Of a stretch of 64,000 nt of DNA, positions 57,936-64,000 are shown in pieces. Location of the stretch: contig JBCCHT010000007.1 of assembly GCA_039028615.1 (NCBI GenBank), positions 96,001 to 160,000 on the forward strand. The letters are read 5' to 3'. The notes beneath the pieces were generated by a model. It had not been told where the DNA came from, searched no databases, and was given only the letters and a program-made list of their open reading frames with translations. The position numbers and the translations under genes are program-made. The DNA comes from Myxococcota bacterium (GTDB taxonomy: Bacteria > Myxococcota_A > Polyangia > Nannocystales > Nannocystaceae). Every line of letters starts with the position of its first letter. The first letter of the stretch is position 1.

Positions 57936-58175
57936 CGCACAGCCGAACGAACGACCTTTGGGATCGATTTCCCTCGGCGATTTTTTTTGCACTCGCGATT
58001 CGCGCCGCTGAAGTTGTCCCTCGATCGGCGCGTCGAAGCCCTTGCCTACCGATGACCCCCCGGGGTCCAGGGGGGCTTCCCCCGGGTGAGCGTCGATCCA
58101 CCCGAGGGGACGCCCTCCATATTCAGTCGGGAGCGCCCTCTACCGGATCTTCGTTTTGCACCGAAAACTAACGGT

Positions 58176-59120
58176 GTGAGATCGATATGTTGGTGGATGG
58201 TGGGGGCAGCGGTGGCGCTGCTCGGATCGGAGACAGCGGAGGCCAGCGGAGGCCGCCTCGAAGCCGCGCGCGCGAGCACGACCCAGAGCGCGGCCACGGC
58301 CCCCTCGGGCTCGCATGCCGCTCGCCCCGTCCGGACGCAGCGGCGCTTCAACCCCAACCGGCCGTATCCGTACGGACGCGTCACGGCCCCGCGACGGACA
58401 CGGACCACGACCCACGTCGTCACCTATCGAGTGGTGCGGGGCCAGCCCCAGCCCGTCGCCACCCCTGCGCCTCAGCCCCTGGGACCCGCCGCCGAGACCC
58501 CGCGCCTCAACGAGGCCCCCGCCCGACCGCCCTTCCGCCGCTACGCGCATCGCTATCCCTATGAAGCGCGGACCAGCGGGTGGGTGTCGAATGCCTGGAA
58601 GCCCGACCTCGAGACCGACCGCGCCGTGGCTGGCCGAGCGACGGCCGAGGGCTCGTATCTGTTCGGTGGACTGGTGCGCTCGGGCTTCTCGGCGCGCTTC
58701 GGCTCCCCGCGGGTCCAGGCCGACACGCAGCTGTCGTCGTATCTCGACCTCGCCCATCGCGACACGCTGTTTTTGGGTGATACCTCGCTGAGCCTGGCCC
58801 CCATCGCCCTGCCGCAGATCGTCTGGCGCGTCGGGGTCGGAGCCCGCTACATGTTCGATGCTCGCTTCCCCCCCACCAGCGCGGCCCCGCGAGCGCTGGG
58901 CTGGAACATGAGCACGGGCGTCGATGTGTTTCCCGGGGCGCCCTTCGTGCTGTCGGCCCGAGTCGATCGCGGCCAGCTCGGCGTCGCTCCGGTGTGGCGA
59001 GCCCGCGCCACCGCGGGCCTCATTCGCAAGCGCTTCGAGTTGTTCGCCGGCTACGACCACACGCAGATCGACCGCGTCGCCCTCGGTGGCCCGCTGCTGG
59101 GGCTCCGGGCCTGGCTATAG
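58176..59120 (+). CDS. hypothetical exported protein, possible outer-membrane beta-barrel
   Basis: Signal-like N-terminus; C-half made of amphipathic beta-strand patterns ending LGLRAWL; start uncertain. Confidence 0.6.
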   Translation: MRSICWWMVGAAVALLGSETAEASGGRLEAARASTTQSAATAPSGSHAARPVRTQRRFNPNRPYPYGRVTAPRRTRTTTHVVTYRVVRGQPQPVATPAPQPLGPAAETPRLNEAPARPPFRRYAHRYPYEARTSGWVSNAWKPDLETDRAVAGRATAEGSYLFGGLVRSGFSARFGSPRVQADTQLSSYLDLAHRDTLFLGDTSLSLAPIALPQIVWRVGVGARYMFDARFPPTSAAPRALGWNMSTGVDVFPGAPFVLSARVDRGQLGVAPVWRARATAGLIRKRFELFAGYDHTQIDRVALGGPLLGLRAWL

Positions 59121-59156
59121 CCCCGAGCCGGTCGACTGAGCGTATGCTCCCGGGCC

Positions 59157-59711
59157 GTGGCGCCCTCTCTCACCGTCGCCCTGCTCCACCACCCCGTGCT
59201 CAACCGCCTGGGCGAGGAGATCGTCTCCACCGTCGACCACTTCGACGTGATGGATGCATCGCGGCTCGCCCTGACCTACGCCGTGCGTCGCTTCTATGTG
59301 GTCAACCGGGTGCCCGCGCAACGAGCCCTGGTCGAGCGGCTGATCAACCACGGCAACCGTGAAGGCGAGCGCGACGAGGCCCGGGGGAGCTTCGACAAGA
59401 CGCGATGGGCCCCCGACCTCGACGCGGTGATCGCCGAGCACGAGGACGACCTGGGCGTGCGACCGACCGTGCTGGCCACCAGCGCCAAGCCCAGCGACGA
59501 CACGCTCGACTTCGTATCGGCCCGGAAGCGACTGCACGACGGTGAGCCCATGCTGCTGCTCATCGGCAAGGCCTGGGGTCTCGCGCCGCGGGTCTTCGAG
59601 CAGGCCGACCACCGCCTCGAGCCCATCGATGGCGGCACCCGGTTCAATCACCTGTCGGTGCGTAGCGCGACGGCCATCTTGATCGACCGGCTGCTGGCCC
59701 CCGCGCGCTGA
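59157..59711 (+). CDS. SPOUT-class RNA methyltransferase (TrmD C-terminal-associated family)
   Basis: VALLHHPV.N..G, TY...FYVV...AQ, LLLIGKAWGL, FNHLSVRSATAILIDRL. Confidence 0.85.
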   Translation: MAPSLTVALLHHPVLNRLGEEIVSTVDHFDVMDASRLALTYAVRRFYVVNRVPAQRALVERLINHGNREGERDEARGSFDKTRWAPDLDAVIAEHEDDLGVRPTVLATSAKPSDDTLDFVSARKRLHDGEPMLLLIGKAWGLAPRVFEQADHRLEPIDGGTRFNHLSVRSATAILIDRLLAPAR

Positions 59712-59715
59712 GGGC

Positions 59716-61749
59716 TCAGGGCGCGGACTCGATCTGCAGGACCCGATAGAGCGTCTCGACCAGCACCTTGGAGGCGATGGGCTTGGTCAGCACCGCGTCG
59801 GCCGAGGCGACCCGCTCGGGATCTTCGACGAAGCCGGACAGCACGACCACGGGCAGCGAGGGGCGCGACTGGCGAAGGTGCTCCAAGACCCGCTCGCCCG
59901 AGATCCCCGGCATGGACAGGTCGAGCAGGACCGCCTGATAGGGCGTGGTCGCGTCCTCGACCCGGCGCAGGCCCACGGTGCCGTCCTCGGCCTCGTCGAC
60001 CTCGAAGCCGCGTCGCTTCAGCACCATGCGCAACGCGCTGCGAACGAGGGGCTCGTCGTCGATGATCAGCAGGCGCCCGTGGGTGTTCTTGCGGGTGATG
60101 GGGGCCGCCGGCTTCGGCTGCGGCGGCTTGGCGTCCCCGTAGTCGAGCACGGGTAGGACCACGGTGAACTCCGTGCCACGCCCGAGCTCCGACTCGCACT
60201 CGATCTGCCCGCCCAGGTTGCGAATGGTGGCGTAGGCGGTGGCCAGCCCCAGGCCCGTGCCCTCGTTGGGGGCCTTGGTGGTGAAGAAGGGCTCGCCCAG
60301 GCGCTGCAGGGCGGCGTCGTCCATGCCACAGCCGTCGTCGCGAATCTTGATGCGGACCGTGGAGGGCTCGGCGCTGCGATCGACCTCGAGTACCAAGTTG
60401 ACCGTGCCGCCATCGATGCCCGCCAGCGCATCGCGAGCGTTGATGCACAGGTTGAGCAGCACCTGGCGCACGGAGGCGATGTGGCCCATGACCCGCACGC
60501 ACTCCACGGTGACCGACTCGGCCACGGCGACGCGGCCCTGGAAGATCCGTCCGCACAGCTCGGTGACATCGTGGATCATGGGCACGAGGTCGACCGGCTC
60601 TTGGCGATCGGTGGCGCCGCCGCGGGCGATGACCATCAGCTGCTTGACCAGCGAGGCGGCCGAAAACGAGGTCTGCAGCGACTCGCGGAGCGGGCCCTGG
60701 AGAGTCTCGGGCGCGACGGTCAGGCACTCCTCGAGGTTGGGTACGAGCACCGCCAGCGCATTGTTGAAGTTGTGGGCGATGCCGGCCGTGACCGCGCCGA
60801 TAGCCTGCCGCGTCTGCGAGACCCGCACTTGATCGGCGAGGCTGCGCTGCTCGGTCACGTCGAGTACCACGCCGCTCCACAGCGTGCCGTCGGGCATCGA
60901 CTGGGGCACCGCCCGGTTACGGACCCAGCGCCACTCCCCGTCGGCGCCGCGCACCTGCACTTCGCACTCCCACGAGCCGCCCTCTTCGGCCGCCTGCTCG
61001 ATGCCCTCGAGCGCAGTCCTGAGGCCCTCGGGGTGGATGCGCTCGAGCAAGCACGTGGGGTCGTTCATCGCGTCGCGGGGCTCGATGCCACACAGGTCCC
61101 GCAGGTGGGCGCTGATGAAGGGCAAGTCGACCCAGCCGTCGTTGCGGCGCATCGCCTGGTAGAGCACGCCGGGCACGGCCTCGGTGACGCGCTCGAAGGC
61201 GCCGCGGCTGCGCTCGAGGGCGCGAGTGACCTGGCGGAGATCGGCGACGCTCGACTGGAGCTCGGAGGTCCGCTGCTCGACTGCGTCCTCGAGCTCGTCG
61301 CGGATCTGCTGCAACAGGTTCAGGCGCTGGCGCTCGCGAGAGATGTCGCTGAGCGTGACCACCACGTACGCGATGGTGCCCTCGGCATTGACGTGGGGAA
61401 TGGCGTTGGCGAGCAGCCAGTGGCGGGCGCCACCACGCCGCACGCCGAAGACCACGTCGCGCTCGGGCGCTCCGCTCTGCAACACCCGCAGCACGGGGTG
61501 CTCATCGGCGGGAAATGAAGTGCCATCGGCCCGCACCACGTCCCACGCGGGATCGAAGGAGACCACGCCCAGCACCTGGTCCCGCCGCTGCCCGAGCATG
61601 GTCAGGGCCATCTCGTTGGCGTACAGGACCTCGGCCCCGCGTCCCTGCACGATGACCCCGACGTCCAGCCCCTCGAGCAACGCCGGGAGGTCGGACTCCA
61701 GCCACTCGCGCGTCGACGCTTCGTGAGCGCTACTGAGGACCTCGGCCAC
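59716..61749 (-). CDS. hybrid sensor histidine kinase (2 PAS, HisKA, HATPase, receiver)
   Basis: AGIAHNFNNAL H-box, NLCINARDA, DDGCGM, FFTTK, GTGLGL, LIIDDEP...LDLSMP. Confidence 0.92.
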   Translation of the reverse strand: MAEVLSSAHEASTREWLESDLPALLEGLDVGVIVQGRGAEVLYANEMALTMLGQRRDQVLGVVSFDPAWDVVRADGTSFPADEHPVLRVLQSGAPERDVVFGVRRGGARHWLLANAIPHVNAEGTIAYVVVTLSDISRERQRLNLLQQIRDELEDAVEQRTSELQSSVADLRQVTRALERSRGAFERVTEAVPGVLYQAMRRNDGWVDLPFISAHLRDLCGIEPRDAMNDPTCLLERIHPEGLRTALEGIEQAAEEGGSWECEVQVRGADGEWRWVRNRAVPQSMPDGTLWSGVVLDVTEQRSLADQVRVSQTRQAIGAVTAGIAHNFNNALAVLVPNLEECLTVAPETLQGPLRESLQTSFSAASLVKQLMVIARGGATDRQEPVDLVPMIHDVTELCGRIFQGRVAVAESVTVECVRVMGHIASVRQVLLNLCINARDALAGIDGGTVNLVLEVDRSAEPSTVRIKIRDDGCGMDDAALQRLGEPFFTTKAPNEGTGLGLATAYATIRNLGGQIECESELGRGTEFTVVLPVLDYGDAKPPQPKPAAPITRKNTHGRLLIIDDEPLVRSALRMVLKRRGFEVDEAEDGTVGLRRVEDATTPYQAVLLDLSMPGISGERVLEHLRQSRPSLPVVVLSGFVEDPERVASADAVLTKPIASKVLVETLYRVLQIESAP

Positions 61750-61793
61750 CGATCAGGAATTGTTCGGTAACCGAGACCAAAAGTCGAGCCCCG

Positions 61794-64000
61794 TCACATG
61801 TTGCGGCGGTACTGACCGCCCACTTCGTACAGTGCCTGCGACAGCTGGCCCAAAGTGCAAACCTTGGCGGCTTCCATCAATGACTCGAAAGTGTTGCGAT
61901 GCTCGACGGCGGCCTGTCGTAGGCCATCGAGCGCTGCGGGTGCAGATTCAGCGTTCCGAGCCTTGAACGCGTCTCGCGAGGTGATGGCGTGCTCCTTCTC
62001 CTCGGTGGTCGAACGAATGACCTCACCGGGGATGATCGTGGGGCTTCCCTTGGGGTCCAGGTAAGTGTTCACCCCAACGATGGGCATGGCGCCGCTGTGC
62101 TTGAGCGACTCGTAGTACAGCGACTCTTCCTGGATCTTGGTGCGCTGGTACATCCGCTCCATCGCGCCGAGAACCCCGCCGCGCTCGGAGATCCGACGGA
62201 ACTCCTCGAGCACCGCCTGCTCCACCAGGTCGGTGAGTTCCTCGATGATGAACGAGCCCTGCAGGGGGTTCTCGTTCTTCGCCAGACCCAGCTCGCGGTT
62301 GATGATGAGCTGAATGGCCATGGCTCGCCGCACGCTCTCCTCGGTCGGCGTGGTGATGGCCTCGTCGTAGGCGTTGGTGTGCAGCGAGTTGCAGTTGTCG
62401 TAGATGGCGTAGAGCGCCTGGAGCGTGGTGCGGATGTCGTTGAAGCCGATCTCCTGCGCGTGCAAGCTCCGACCCGAAGTCTGGATGTGGTACTTCAGCT
62501 TCTGCGAGCGCTCGTTGGCGCCGTACTTGCGCTTCATCGCCTTGGCCCAGATCCGCCGGGCCACGCGACCGATGACCGAGTACTCGGGGTCGATGCCGTT
62601 GCTGAAGAAGAACGACAGGTTCGGCGCGAAGTCGTCGATCTTCAGGCCGCGCGACAAGTAGTACTCGACGAAGGTGAAGCCGTTGGCCAGCGTGAACGCC
62701 ACCTGGCTGATGGGGTTCGCCCCCGCCTCGGCGATGTGATAGCCGGAGATCGAGACCGAGTAGAAGTTCCGCACCCCGTTCTCGGTGAAGTACTCCTGGA
62801 TGTCGCCCATCATGCGCAGGGCGAACTCGGTGGAGAAGATGCAGGTGTTCTGGGCCTGGTCCTCCTTGAGGATGTCGGCCTGGACGGTGCCGCGGACGCG
62901 GCGAAGGGTATCGGCCTTGATCTTGTCGTAGGTCTCGGCGGGCAGGACCTCGTCGCCGGACACGCCCAGCAGCATGAGCCCGAGGCCGTCGTTGCCCTCG
63001 GGCAGGTCGCCCTGGTAGCGCGGGCGCGGCTGGCCCTTGGCGGCGTAGATGGCCTCGATCTTCTTCTCGACCTCGTCCACGAGGCCTTCGGCGTGGATGT
63101 GCCGCTCGCACTGCTGATCGACGGCCGCGTTCATGAAAAAGCCCAGCAGCATCGGCGCGGGACCGTTGATGGTCATCGACACCGAGGTCTTGGGGTCGGC
63201 CAGGTCGAAGCCCGAGTAGAGCTTCTTGGCGTCGTCGACGTTGGCCACCGAGACGCCCGAGTTGCCGACCTTGCCGTAGATGTCGGGGCGGTGATCGGGG
63301 TCCTCGCCGTAGAGGGTCACCGAGTCGAACGCGGTCGACAGGCGCTTGGCCGGCGTGCCGTGGGAGACGTAGTGGAAGCGTCGGTTGGTGCGCTCGGGGC
63401 CGCCCTCGCCCGCGAACATGCGGGTCGGGTCCTCGCCCTGGCGCTTGAGGGGGAACACGCCCGCGGCGTAGGGGAACTCGCCGGGCACGTTCTCGGTGAG
63501 CACCCACCGCAGCACGTCCCCCCAGTCCTCGTAGCGCGGCAGGCAGACCCGCGGCACCTTGGTGTGCGACAGCGACTCGGTATAGAGGTCCTGCTCGATG
63601 ACCTTGCCGCGTACGTTGAAGCGGTACTTGTCCGCCCGGTAGCGCTTGCGCTTGGCGGGCCAGTCGGCGAGGGCTTGCTTGCAGCCGTGGTCGAGCTGCC
63701 CCTCGAGGAGGTTGTAGCGGGCGACCAGATCGGTGAGGTACTCGGGCTCGCCCTCGATGTGCTGGACCGCTTCGACGACCGCGTCGGAGCCGCTGTCGAC
63801 CAGCTCGACCGACGTGCGCCCCACGTTGGTGCGCAGCAGCTCGATGGTGCCGTGCAGCTGGTACATGGTGCGCGCCACCTTGCACTGCGCGTCGACGAAG
63901 GCGTCGTAGGCGTCGCTGTTCTCGACGATCTCGGCGAGGTAGCGCACCCGCTGCGGCGGGATGACGTAGCGCTTCTCGCTCATGGCCGCGGTGGGCTCGA
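61794..64000 (-). CDS. icmF: fused isobutyryl-CoA mutase/GTPase IcmF-like protein, C-terminal part (gene continues beyond window)
   Basis: [67 protein letters not shown] end; Phe in TRMFAG matches ICM-type specificity. Confidence 0.9.
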   Translation of the reverse strand, partial: EPTAAMSEKRYVIPPQRVRYLAEIVENSDAYDAFVDAQCKVARTMYQLHGTIELLRTNVGRTSVELVDSGSDAVVEAVQHIEGEPEYLTDLVARYNLLEGQLDHGCKQALADWPAKRKRYRADKYRFNVRGKVIEQDLYTESLSHTKVPRVCLPRYEDWGDVLRWVLTENVPGEFPYAAGVFPLKRQGEDPTRMFAGEGGPERTNRRFHYVSHGTPAKRLSTAFDSVTLYGEDPDHRPDIYGKVGNSGVSVANVDDAKKLYSGFDLADPKTSVSMTINGPAPMLLGFFMNAAVDQQCERHIHAEGLVDEVEKKIEAIYAAKGQPRPRYQGDLPEGNDGLGLMLLGVSGDEVLPAETYDKIKADTLRRVRGTVQADILKEDQAQNTCIFSTEFALRMMGDIQEYFTENGVRNFYSVSISGYHIAEAGANPISQVAFTLANGFTFVEYYLSRGLKIDDFAPNLSFFFSNGIDPEYSVIGRVARRIWAKAMKRKYGANERSQKLKYHIQTSGRSLHAQEIGFNDIRTTLQALYAIYDNCNSLHTNAYDEAITTPTEESVRRAMAIQLIINRELGLAKNENPLQGSFIIEELTDLVEQAVLEEFRRISERGGVLGAMERMYQRTKIQEESLYYESLKHSGAMPIVGVNTYLDPKGSPTIIPGEVIRSTTEEKEHAITSRDAFKARNAESAPAALDGLRQAAVEHRNTFESLMEAAKVCTLGQLSQALYEVGGQYRRNM

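Noticed and set aside
61794..63983. Stand-alone methylmalonyl-CoA mutase starting at 63983
   Set aside because: The frame stays open to the window end and the sequence matches the C-terminal half of fused IcmF (Phe rather than Tyr in the specificity motif), so it is a partial gene.

Overview
High-GC bacterial chromosomal DNA. The gene content points to a myxobacterium (Myxococcota, probably Nannocystaceae-like): three Hanks-type Ser/Thr kinase genes, a MYXO-CTERM protein, many Cys-rich lipoproteins, a vWA lipoprotein and an AgmX/PglI-like C-terminus. About 45 real CDSs are supported; most long ORFs in the supplied track are antisense or frame shadows. Housekeeping and metabolic genes: fused membrane/spermidine synthase, FabV-type enoyl reductase, P450, TsaC/YciO, an acyl-CoA dehydrogenase pair, PAP2, aminopeptidase P, ApbE, cydAB, phoBR, a SPOUT methyltransferase, a hybrid histidine kinase and a partial IcmF. 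No rRNA, tRNA, CRISPR array, transposase or integrase was seen. Best candidate for an undescribed system: a translationally coupled SIR2-domain + stand-alone ABC-type (AAA_15/AAA_21-like) ATPase operon (10797-13531), which looks like an anti-phage module with a non-canonical sensor/effector pairing. Second: a secreted-protein cluster (16034-22813) in which two paralogous FrpC self-processing-module-like lipoproteins, with Thr-Pro instead of the catalytic Asp-Pro, bracket an operon encoding a 1034-aa Zn-phospholipase C/P1-like protein. Also noted: an HRD->HRA pseudokinase, a QExxH metzincin variant, a beta-propeller/di-haem protein and signs of frequent leaderless transcription. All family assignments are by eye from motifs; no database search was run.
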